DNA from: an uncultured Acidobacteriaceae bacterium
GTDB taxonomy: Bacteria > Acidobacteriota > Terriglobia > Terriglobales > Acidobacteriaceae
Reading direction: 5' to 3'
Assembly: GCA_963735975.1 (NCBI GenBank)
Contig: CAVTNF010000006.1
Span: 34,650 to 98,649, forward strand
Length of the DNA: 64,000 nucleotides
Positions 55,584-64,000 of this stretch are shown piece after piece. Made by a program: the position numbers and the translations under genes. Under the pieces are notes generated by a model. It was given only the letters and a program-made list of their open reading frames with translations. It made no database searches and had not been told where the DNA came from. Position 1 is the first letter of the stretch. Each line of letters opens with the position of its first letter.

Positions 55584-58529
55584 ATGTCGAATCGCGGTTT
55601 TGCGTCTGTATTGTTGAGCGCGTTTGTCCTCTCCAGCCTGGTTTATGCCATCACACCGGACCGCATTTCTAACACCCTGAGCGGAAATCAAACCGTGGCC
55701 ATCCGTGGATATGTTCGTCACCAGGCTGTGCCCGAGTACGACGAAGGTCCGGCGGACCCGGCGCTGCGTTTTGGGAGCATCATGCTGCTGACGACGCCCA
55801 CCCCGAATCAGCAAAAAGCGCTGACCCGCCTGCTGGCGGAGCAACAGGATCGCAAGTCGCCGAACTACCACAAGTGGCTGACTCCCGAGCAGTGGGCCGA
55901 CCGCTTCGGATTGAGCCCCAACGATGTAACGCAGATTACGGCCTGGCTCAAGGCACAGGGGTTCGGCGCGATCCACGTGGCTCGCGGGCGGAACTGGATC
56001 CAGTTCAGTGGAACTGCGGCCCAAGTGCAGAGTGCGTTCGGGACAGAAATTCACCGCTTCAACGTCAACGGCGAGTTGCACGTCGCGAATGCCAAATCGC
56101 CAAGAATTCCCGCAGCGCTGGCGGGCGTTGTCACCGGCATCCGCGGGCTGGACGATTTTCATCTACGGCCGAGGAACAAGGTACGGACGCGCCCGTATTA
56201 CAGCAGTTCGAACTTCGGGGACCTGGTGGCTCCGAGCGATGTCGCCACGATCTACGATCTCAAGGCGCTCTACAATGCCGGTATCGATGGCACCGGGCAG
56301 ACGCTGGCCGTTATTGGTCAGACCGACGTTTATCAGGCAGACCTGAACGACTTCCGTACGGGCTTTGGACTCTCGTCGATCAACTGCACCACCAACTCCA
56401 GTGATGTCATCACCACTTGCAGCGATGCGCACTTCCAATACTCGGTGGTGGCCGGCCTCACGGATCCCCAAATGCCTTTAACAACCGGCGACTTATCCGA
56501 AGCTGACCTTGACCTTGAGTGGTCGGGCGCGGTCGCGCCCAACGCGCAGATCGTCTATGTCAATGCGCCAGCCACTTTTAGCGGCAACAACCTGGTCGGT
56601 GGCGGAGTATGGGTCGCATGGTACGACGCTGTGGACAATAACCGGGCTGCGGTAATCAGCATGAGCTATGGTGTTTGTGAATTCGGCGATAACGGTATTG
56701 CGGCGGACGAGACCGAACTGCAGAAGGCGAACTCGGAGGGAATCACGTTCCTGAACGCCACCGGGGACGCCGGCGCGGCAGAATGCGACTCGAATGGCAG
56801 CACCGGCACTTTAACCAGCACTGGGCTGGCCACGCAGGGGCTTGCCGTGGGTTACCCCGCGAGCAGCCCTGAGGTGACCGGTGTTGGCGGAACGGCCATA
56901 CCTCTCGCAAACTTCACCAGCGCATACTGGGGAACGTCCAACGGCACTGATGGCGGCACGGCTCTCTCGTACATCCCGGAGCAAGCTTGGAATGACGACG
57001 AAGAATTCGCTCAATCCTGCCTGGCAAACAATACCCCGTTCTGCAAGCAAGGTGGCAATACACCGGTGACGGGTTGGGTCCCGATAACCTCCGCTCAGAC
57101 CGCGCAGCAGGACTTAGGAATCTCCTCTAGCGGCGGAGGCGCGAGCAACTGCGCGGTTGAAAACAGCGTCTTTACGGCGTGTGTGTCTGGTTTCGCGCAG
57201 CCCTCATGGCAGACGGTGACCATTTCCGGCCAGCCGAGTGCGCGTTTCACGCCGGATGTCTCGCTGATCGCGTCGGCGAATTTCCCGGGCTATATTTTCT
57301 GTACCCAGTTGTCGGAACTGGGCATTGCTGGCACGGGCAGCAGCTGCGCGAGCGGAATTTCCAATGCTGTCGAAAACGACGTGTCGATCATTGGAGGAAC
57401 CTCCGTCTCGGCGCCGATTTTTGCCGGCATGGTCGCGTTGCTCGATCAAGATCTGGGCGGCCCGGGCTTCGTCGGCCTGGGCAATATCAACCCGATCCTC
57501 TATAGCTTGGCGGCGACTCCGTCCAACAAGGCTTTCAACCCAGTCACTACCGCCGACAACATGGTCTACTGTCAGGTAGGCATGCCTGGCAGTCCTCAAC
57601 CGTCCACCTTATGGTGTCCGAGCACTGGCCTCTTCGGTTTCAGTTCCTCGAACAAGGACGCGACCACTAGCTATAACCTTGTCACCGGCCTCGGTTCGGT
57701 GGATGCCAACAACCTTGCCCTGGCATGGACCGCTACGCGGGCTCCGACTGTGACCTCGCTCGCCACCTCAGCGACGCAGACCTTCCAAGGGGAAAGCGTG
57801 ACCCTGACCGCTACGGTTACGCCCTCAACCGGCGGCAGCGGGAACGTAGTCTTCAACAACAGCGGATCGACGACCCTCGGGATAATCGCACTTCAGGCGG
57901 GAACTGCGGTTCTGAAAACTTCTTCTTTGCAGCTTGGGACGAACAGCATCACTGCCAGCTATAGCGGCGACGGCGCGCTGGCGAACTCGACCTCCACTGC
58001 TGCTACGGTCACGGTCACTCAGCCCTTTACGTTGACCGAGAGCACTCCAAGCTTCGTAGTGGCGCAAGGGTCACCCGTTGACGTGCCCGTCACTTTGGCC
58101 CTGGAAAACGGCTTTACCGGGACGGTCCATTTCACCTGCAGTGACCTGGCCCCGGAGTCGACTTGTATAACGCCGCCAGATACGAATAAGTCCGGGAGCG
58201 TCAGCTTTCGCATCACCACCACCGCTCCAACCGCGTCGCTACGCCGGCCTTTTGACCGCGGTTCGCAAATCCTCTACGCCGTGCTGTTGCCGGGTCTGTT
58301 CGGCATCCTGTTGACGGCGGGATCCCTCAAGCCCTCGCAGCGCGGCTTGCGGATGCTGGGGGCGATTATCGTCTTGGGAGTATCGACGATGGGGCTGGGA
58401 TCTTGCGGCGGGAGCAACAATAGCAGCACCAGCAATCCGGGGACGCCTAAAGGTACGTATACGATTAAAGCAACCGGCACGTCGGGCGCGGCGACTAGTT
58501 CGGCCTCATTCACCCTGATAGTGCAGTAA
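55584..58529 (+). CDS. secreted S53 (sedolisin) peptidase with a pro-kumamolisin activation domain, Ig-like repeats and a TM/lipobox-like C-terminal module
   Basis: Signal peptide present. The propeptide region reads ...NYHKWLTPEQWADRFGLSPNDV...FGTEIHRFNVNGELHVAN. The catalytic-serine motif is IIGGTSVSAPIFAGMVALL. An Ig-like repeat reads VTLTATVTPS...ITASYSGD. Confidence 0.85.
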   Translation: MSNRGFASVLLSAFVLSSLVYAITPDRISNTLSGNQTVAIRGYVRHQAVPEYDEGPADPALRFGSIMLLTTPTPNQQKALTRLLAEQQDRKSPNYHKWLTPEQWADRFGLSPNDVTQITAWLKAQGFGAIHVARGRNWIQFSGTAAQVQSAFGTEIHRFNVNGELHVANAKSPRIPAALAGVVTGIRGLDDFHLRPRNKVRTRPYYSSSNFGDLVAPSDVATIYDLKALYNAGIDGTGQTLAVIGQTDVYQADLNDFRTGFGLSSINCTTNSSDVITTCSDAHFQYSVVAGLTDPQMPLTTGDLSEADLDLEWSGAVAPNAQIVYVNAPATFSGNNLVGGGVWVAWYDAVDNNRAAVISMSYGVCEFGDNGIAADETELQKANSEGITFLNATGDAGAAECDSNGSTGTLTSTGLATQGLAVGYPASSPEVTGVGGTAIPLANFTSAYWGTSNGTDGGTALSYIPEQAWNDDEEFAQSCLANNTPFCKQGGNTPVTGWVPITSAQTAQQDLGISSSGGGASNCAVENSVFTACVSGFAQPSWQTVTISGQPSARFTPDVSLIASANFPGYIFCTQLSELGIAGTGSSCASGISNAVENDVSIIGGTSVSAPIFAGMVALLDQDLGGPGFVGLGNINPILYSLAATPSNKAFNPVTTADNMVYCQVGMPGSPQPSTLWCPSTGLFGFSSSNKDATTSYNLVTGLGSVDANNLALAWTATRAPTVTSLATSATQTFQGESVTLTATVTPSTGGSGNVVFNNSGSTTLGIIALQAGTAVLKTSSLQLGTNSITASYSGDGALANSTSTAATVTVTQPFTLTESTPSFVVAQGSPVDVPVTLALENGFTGTVHFTCSDLAPESTCITPPDTNKSGSVSFRITTTAPTASLRRPFDRGSQILYAVLLPGLFGILLTAGSLKPSQRGLRMLGAIIVLGVSTMGLGSCGGSNNSSTSNPGTPKGTYTIKATGTSGAATSSASFTLIVQ

Positions 58530-58630
58530 CTCTGCCAGCCTAAACCAGCGGTGCTAGTGTAGTCGTCAAGCACGTTTATAGTTCGGGTTGCATGGCCCTT
58601 CTTCGCGATCTTCGCGGATGTTCTTTGCGA

Positions 58631-58710
58631 ACTTTGCGGTCAAAGGCTTTGCTTTCCCAGCGCTATTGCCACGACATATAAGAGTGGTTATTTTCGGCGC
58701 ACTACACTAG
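58631..58710. repeat. 80-bp sequence 3' of tRNA-Cys, repeated in inverted orientation at 12421-12500; it starts in a REP-like element
   Basis: 74/80 identity by direct comparison. The upstream part 58598-58646 (CTTCTTCGCGATCTTCGCGGATGTTCTTTGCGAACTTTGCGGTCAAAGG) is REP-like. Confidence 0.85.
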
Positions 58711-58723
58711 AGAGATTAAATCT

Positions 58724-58799
58724 TGGAGGCGCGGGACGGAATTGAACCGCCGAATAGGGCTTTGCAGGCCCTTCCCTTAGCCGTCTTGGGTACCGCGCC
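58724..58799 (-). tRNA. tRNA-Cys (GCA), canonical
   Basis: GGCGCGG TA CCCA AGACGGCTA AGGG A AGGGC CTGCAAA GCCCT ATTC GGCGG TTCAATT CCGTC CCGCGCC T CCA. All stems pair, the discriminator is U73 and CCA is encoded. Confidence 0.9.
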
Positions 58800-58976
58800 T
58801 CTGTCGTACGACCCGGAACACACTCTGACAGGTCCGGAGCCATTACACAACAGGGGGGACGATGCGGGTAAGTCGGAACTCTCTCGTGCAGAATCCCGGA
58901 ATGAAATCAGTATATACACCTTTCCGCCGGATGCACGGATTTTTCTGAACTCCCGAATTCTGACAGGCTCTTCCGC

Positions 58977-59004
58977 CCCATGACAAGGAACGCCGGGTCA
59001 TGGG
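58977..59004 (-). terminator. 8-bp stem hairpin just downstream of the fabZ-like stop (no U-tract)
   Basis: CCCATGAC (loop of 12 nt) GTCATGGG. Confidence 0.25.
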
Positions 59005-59016
59005 CTAGTGTACTCC

Positions 59017-59520
59017 TCACGATGCTGGCGGCCGTGTTTCGAGACCGCGTCGGGCGAAACCCATTTTTCCCCTGGCCACATCGGTACCTTCCACCGTCGC
59101 TACCGCCTCCACCACTGCAAAATCCTCGATGAATTTCAAAACCTTTACGTCCATTTCCATTCGGTCGCCGGGAACCACGGGCCTCAAGAATCTCATTTCA
59201 TTGATAGTGCCCAAGACCAGAAACTCCCCCGGCCGCGTCCCGCTTCCCATCGTCTTGGAGAACAGAATGGAAGCCGCTTGCCCAATCGCCTCTACAATCA
59301 GCGTGCCCGGCATCACGGCGTGCTCGGGAAAATGCCCCAGAAACTGGATCTCATTCCCCGTAACATTCTTGGTTGCCTGTATCCTTTTCCCCGGTTCCAG
59401 CAAGGTGACGCTGTCAACCATGATCATGGGAAATCGCTGCTTAAGAGCGGCTCGCACTTCTTCAAATGTCATCACCGGCGCGGTCATCGCTGCACCATCC
59501 TCTCCAGCCACGTCCTTCAT
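59017..59520 (-). CDS. fabZ: 3-hydroxyacyl-ACP dehydratase (FabZ/FabA hot-dog fold)
   Basis: RFPMIMVDSVTLLEPGKRIQATKNVTGNEIQFLGHFPEHAVMPGTLIVEAIGQA. Confidence 0.8.
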   Translation of the reverse strand: MKDVAGEDGAAMTAPVMTFEEVRAALKQRFPMIMVDSVTLLEPGKRIQATKNVTGNEIQFLGHFPEHAVMPGTLIVEAIGQAASILFSKTMGSGTRPGEFLVLGTINEMRFLRPVVPGDRMEMDVKVLKFIEDFAVVEAVATVEGTDVARGKMGFARRGLETRPPAS

Positions 59521-60416
59521 CGGGAACGCAGAATCATCGCGGTGGCACGCGGCAAAAATCGCGATCCCTTCGGGACCGCGGCCGCATCCGACGCCATCCG
59601 CGACACTCGCAACCCGGCCGCCTCGGCCATCTGCAGAGGCCGGCTCTCCCAGTTGTATTCAAAAACGTGATCGCGCTGCGGCGACTCCAGTGCGGTGCTG
59701 AAAAACACCAGCCCATCCGGCGTGACTCGCCGGGCCATGGCCGCAAAGAGCGGAGTCGGATCCGGCAGGTGCTCGGCCAGCATCCCCGAGATCACGCCCT
59801 GATATCGTCCGTCGGCGCTTTCGGCGCCCACCTTCAACGCATCCTTCACTTCAAACCGCACCCGGCCCTTATGCCCAGACGCGGCCAGCAGCCGGTTCGC
59901 CACCGCCACCGCCGGCGGACTAATGTCCGACCCTTCAATCTGCAAATCCGGACGCTCCTCCGCCGCCAGCAGACTCAACACGCCATGACCTGCGGCCAGC
60001 TCCAGCACAGTCGCATTTCGAGGCAATCGCCGCACAAACTCGTCGCGAAACATCGCGATGTGGCTGATCATCGACGGCCAGAACGGATAGATCAGAATCG
60101 CCGCCCACATATACGGGATCATGTAGCCTTCGTGCTCGTACACTCCCGACATAATTTCCGGCATGCGTTCCGGCGTGTAGCGCCCCTCGCGCTCATAAAT
60201 CGCCTTGGCCTTGGCCACCCCGACGCAGTACTCCGCATATCCGCGCGCCGCCGCGTCAAACACCTCGTCTCCGTACGCCGCCTCGGCCCAGCGCGCCAGC
60301 GGATTCAACAGCCACGAACACAGTTCCCGATTGGCTTCAAATGTCGCCCGCGCACTCGGGGCAAACATCTTCGCCTTGCGATCCATCGCTTCCAGAAACG
60401 CTTCCGCAGTCTTCAT
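59517..60416 (-). CDS. class I SAM-dependent methyltransferase
   Basis: VLELAAGHGVLSLLAA...GSDISPPAV...GVISGMLAEHLPDP. Confidence 0.75.
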   Translation of the reverse strand: MKTAEAFLEAMDRKAKMFAPSARATFEANRELCSWLLNPLARWAEAAYGDEVFDAAARGYAEYCVGVAKAKAIYEREGRYTPERMPEIMSGVYEHEGYMIPYMWAAILIYPFWPSMISHIAMFRDEFVRRLPRNATVLELAAGHGVLSLLAAEERPDLQIEGSDISPPAVAVANRLLAASGHKGRVRFEVKDALKVGAESADGRYQGVISGMLAEHLPDPTPLFAAMARRVTPDGLVFFSTALESPQRDHVFEYNWESRPLQMAEAAGLRVSRMASDAAAVPKGSRFLPRATAMILRSR

Positions 60417-60439
60417 CGTCTCACTCTCTCAGAGAATCT

Positions 60440-60530
60440 CATCCCGGCCGATCTTCTCTGCGTCCTCAGCGGCCTTTCTTCGCGCCCTTTGCGGTTCAAA
60501 GCTCTTGACTTCGCTCGTGCCGGAACGACC
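60440..60530. repeat. REP-like intergenic element (TCTCTGCGTCCTCAGCGG...CCTTTGCGGTTCAAAGCTC)
   Basis: It shares the core CTTTGCGGT(T)CAAAG with 58633-58646 and, as reverse complement, 12487-12500. Confidence 0.45.
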
Positions 60531-60531
60531 T

Positions 60532-61789
60532 TTAATCCTGAGAACGCACATGCCGCACCATCCGCACCATCGGACGCACCAGGTCCGTCCCATCCCACGG
60601 CGAACCAAAAACATGCATCTGCCCGAGCCGCACCACTCGATCCACTCCGTGCCGCCCAGCAGCCTCGGCTAACATCTCTTCCCTGCGCGCATCCTTCACC
60701 GCCAGCCCCAGAGTCTGCACCGTTCCGTCAAACTTCGAGATCGCCTCCATCAGATCATCCGCCACAAGAACGCTAAGCGTCCGGCCCTGCGTCGGCTCCG
60801 GGATATCCGTGCCCTTACCCTGCAAGATGGTCCAGTCCGTCGATTGCGGAAAGCAGGCACGGTTCGCCACGTCGTCTAACAGCCATGAGGCCCGCGCCTG
60901 GCAGATTGCCGAAGTCAACGCTGGCTCGATTGCAAGCCGCGGATGCGCCCGGTTCTCTTCCTGAAATGCAGCCTTCAAATCTTCGACGAACTCAGCCGCG
61001 TCACACCCGGCGCCGTGCTCAAGAAACAATGTTTGCGGCGAGGAGCACGCCTGCTGCTCGAACTGCCAAACATCGCGCGCCATGCGCCGGCACCACGACG
61101 CGCGTTCCCTTCGCTCGCCCCACACGCCCGCGTCCATGGCCGCCACCGAGAGCCGCGGGCCAAAGACTAACACGCGCGCCCAGTGCGGAAAAGGTAACGC
61201 CCGTACCTGCGAGACCGCCTCTTCCCCGCCCCAAATCATCGCGCCATCCACGGACTCCGCCATGGCCTGCTGCAAATCAGCCCGCGAATGATCAAAGGTC
61301 GCCAGAAAAATTCGGCCCGTCAACGCGCCGTTGCGATCTATCTCGTGCAATCTCTCCATGACCAGCCGCGTAGGCTCAATCAACCCGCTCGGCACGCGGA
61401 CCACGCAACTGTTCCCTCCGAGCAAAGCGCACGTCAGAGACAGCATCGGCTGGATTTCGATGTTGCCCGCCGGCCAGTGTCCCACGACTCCCAGCGGAAA
61501 CGCCCGCAGCCGCGCGCGTCCATCATCACGCCACCCGCCAGCCAGCGATTCCGGGCCCAACTCGCGCAGCAAAACTCGGCTCCAACGTCCCACGCCGCAG
61601 CCACAACCGGAGAAAGGCCACGCCCGGAATTTCACGCACGCCCGGAGCGTCCAGCGCAGCCGCCCACTGCTCAAAAACTTCGAGCACCGCCTTTGGAGAG
61701 AGATCCTTCTCCAGGGCAGTCTTGCGCAACCGCTGCGCCGCGCCTGTGATCTCCTCGGCAGAGGCGATCCTCTGAATCAGCTCGCTCAT
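60532..61789 (-). pseudogene. LuxC-like acyl-CoA/acyl-protein reductase, one frame change near 61570-61580
   Basis: MSELIQRIASAEE...FLRLWLRRGTLEP is in one frame. VLLRELGPESLAGGW...FPLGVVGHWPAGNIEIQPMLSL...VVRVPS...MIWGGEEAV is in the next. The ATG overlaps the luxE-like stop (ATGA). Confidence 0.7.
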
Positions 61790-62951
61790 GCGCCGCTGCT
61801 CCGCCGCAGGCGCGTAGTTTCCAGGTTCCCGCAACCCCGCATTTCGACCTTGGGCACGCGCCGCAAAAATCGAAAGTGAGTGCCGCGTCGCCCGCACCGG
61901 CAGCCATCGTGGGCAATGATCTCGCCCATGTCGTCGGTCAGCAGCAGAAATCCGGGAAAGCTCGTGGGCAAGACGCTGCACACCTGCACCAACCCTTGCT
62001 GCCCAGACAGTCGACTGGCGCGAGCGTTAGCGGATCCCGGATGATCACGTCGGCAAACGCGGGCACATGTTTGTAGCCGCGGGCGCAATCCGGATAAACC
62101 ACGCCCACATTTTCCACCATGCCGTAATAGTCAATGACGCGGTCCGCCGAACAGCCGAATACCGACGCCACATCACGGACGAATACATCTTTCGTGACGG
62201 CCTGCTGCTCCAGGCGTTTCCATCCGCCGCTGTGCAGCACGTGAACGTTCGGCATGTCCAACTTGATGCCCTTGCGCCGGAGTGGCTGCACCAGTTGCGT
62301 CCAGATCACGTAGGTAAAGCCATACACCAGGACCGCGTTCTCTTTCCACTTCGCGGCGCACGCCTGCAGTTTTTCTAAATCGAGGTCAAGCTCTCCCTGA
62401 GGATCAATCCGCAAGCACGGCACGATCTCCGTGGCGAACGATCCCAGCGCTTGAATGGCCGCTCCGCGTGCTCCCAATTCAGACTGGCGTCCGAGATTTT
62501 CCGGCGTGTCGACGACCAGATAAGGCCGTCGCGCCGCGCCCACGAAATCGCGAATAATCGCGATGACGCCCTTCGTCATCCGTCTCGAAGTAGCCGCATC
62601 AAGAACCACGCGGCTAGGCACTTGCCCGCTGGTGGAACTCGACGTAAGAGTTCGCTTCACCTCGCTCGTCGGCACCAGGCTCAGCGGCGGATTCGCCTTG
62701 AACACGCTGACCGGCAGATACGGGAGATCGGCGATATTCTCCGCCGAAGCCACGCTCACCGGCCAGTGCCGCACATAATTCGCAAACTGCGGACTGCGCT
62801 CGCACGCATACTCGATCTCTCGCTTGAGCAGCGCAAGCAAGGCATGGTGCCGCTGCTCCGCAGCCATCGCATAGGGAGGCGTATCCAGCAACATCCCGAT
62901 GGACTGCTCCAATTCCGCCAGCCGCAGTTGAGGGTCTGCCACGTGGCTCAT
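61786..62951 (-). pseudogene. LuxE-like acyl-protein synthetase/ligase, one frame change near 62005-62020
   Basis: ...LPYLPVSVFK...TLTSSSTSGQVPSRV...HSGGWKRL...YYGMVENVGVVYPDC... then, in the next frame, GQQGLVQVCSVLPTSFPGFLLLTDDMGEII...CRCGRRGTHFRFLRRV. Confidence 0.7.
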
Positions 62952-64000
62952 ATCAAGGCCGCCAACTGCGAGCGGGCGATTTTGCCGTTAGCCGTTCTCG
63001 GCAATTCCGCGACGATCTTCACCGCAACGCAGGTCCAATGCGAAGGCAGCGCCCGCCGCACTCTCTCCCCGAAGTCGTCGCTTGGATTTTCCCCAATGAT
63101 GCCGCCTGCCACGCCGCGATCTGCAACTACCAGCAGCGCCAGCGCCTCTCCGGCCTCCGGATGTTTCACTCCCACCGCCGCACACTCGCTCACGCCAGCC
63201 ATCGCGCCCACCTTGGCCTCGACTTCACCGACGCTCACGCGGACGCCCCGAATCTTGATGAAATCATCCGTGCGTCCCTTGATCCACAGATACCCGTCCT
63301 CGTCCCGGCAGGCAAAATCGCCCGTCTTGAGCCACCCCTCGCCGAACTTTCGTTCTGTCGATTCCGGATCATTCAGATATCCCAGGCAGACCGATGGCCC
63401 GCGCACCTGAATCTCGCCGGTTTCTCCCTGTGGCAGTTCCCTTCCCTGCTGCGTCGACGATGCGGACGTGAAGATTGTCCAGCGGAAGGCCCGCGCTGCC
63501 CAGTTTGTCGGCTAATCGATCCGCCGGCAAACACGAAATTCGCGCCGTGGCTTCGGTCTGACCGTACATGACGAAGAAGTCAGCGGTAGGCACGACCTCG
63601 CTCATCTCCCGTGCACTCTCAACAGCGAGCGCGCCGCCCGCCTGAAGAAAGCGCCGGAGCCCCGGCAGGGGAATCGACTTGAGATTCGAGCGCCGCAGCA
63701 GAATGTTGTAAATGATCGGAACCCCTGCAAACGTGGTGCATCCGTGCGCGTTGATGGCGTGCAGCACCCGGTCGGGAAACATGAAGCGTGAGTCAAACAC
63801 CACTCCGCCGCCGTGATACAGGTGAGTATGCATCACGCTCGCGCCGAAGCAGTAGCTGATGGGCATGATCAACATCGCCCGTTCCGCCGTGCCCAGATTC
63901 TGGCTGCGGATAATGGCTTCCGTGTTCGCGATCAAGTTGCCCTGGCTCACCATAACCAACCGCGGCAGGCCGGTAGAGCCCGACGTCGGCATCAAGGCCG
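62948..64000 (-). pseudogene. AMP-dependent synthetase/ligase (runs off the right edge), one frame change near 63440-63450
   Basis: PTSGSTGLPRLVMVSQGNL...MYGQTEAT...VRIVDAAG is in one frame. ELPQGETGEIQVRGPSVCLGYLNDPE...WLKTGDFACRDEDGYLWIKGRTDDFIKIRGVRV...LPRTANGKI is in the next. Confidence 0.75.

Noticed and set aside
6769-58799. The two tRNA-Cys-like genes as att-site duplications delimiting a 52-kb genomic island.
   Set aside because: Integration duplicates only the 3' part of a tRNA and gives near-identical repeats. These are two full-length genes that differ at many positions (roughly four fifths identical by eye), and no integrase is present.

Overview
This 64-kb window looks like a chromosomal segment from a high-GC soil bacterium. 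Gene content suggests Acidobacteriota: a GloVer-repeat/IPT protein, a sedolisin with Ig-like repeats, and REP-like CTTTGCGGTCAAAG intergenic repeats. That assignment is inference only. Layout: (1) 0-10.6 kb holds a GT2 fragment, a methyltransferase, and three secreted right-handed beta-helix proteins. Two of these are near-identical inverted paralogs. This part also holds an atypical tRNA-Cys-like gene and a two-domain GNAT. (2) 10.6-20.2 kb is a nest of six IS elements (ISNCY/IS1202-group, IS110, IS1595, IS5/IS1182-like, IS66, IS21) that destroyed an rfbD-like gene. Several exact target-site duplications can be read. (3) 20.3-54.8 kb is a roughly 34-kb, entirely minus-strand exopolysaccharide locus of the PEP-CTERM/exosortase-associated type. 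It encodes a NusG-like antiterminator, a Fis-type HTH protein, an ExeA-like ATPase, a Wza-like exporter, and GumC/Wzz-like and BY-kinase-like genes. It also encodes a priming sugar transferase, WbpB/WbpE/WbpD-like amino-sugar genes, Wzx, a Wzy-like protein, GT4s, two sulfotransferases, deacetylases and an FkbH+ACP+GNAT/FemAB-like module. No exosortase and no PEP-CTERM protein is visible in the window. (4) 55.6-64 kb holds a large sedolisin (S53) peptidase, a canonical tRNA-Cys(GCA), and a FabZ / methyltransferase / LuxC-like / LuxE-like / AMP-ligase operon. Several genes carry single-base frameshifts: GumC-like x3, BY-kinase-like x2, LuxC-like, LuxE-like, the AMP-ligase and the 29-kb gene. I cannot tell real pseudogenisation from indel sequencing error using sequence alone. 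I found no rRNA, no CRISPR array and no recognisable defence system. The most unusual items are the carrier-protein-dependent acyl module in a sulfotransferase-rich EPS locus, the inverted beta-helix paralog pair, two small in-situ inversions inside dead genes, and a GCA-anticodon tRNA with a C73 discriminator.
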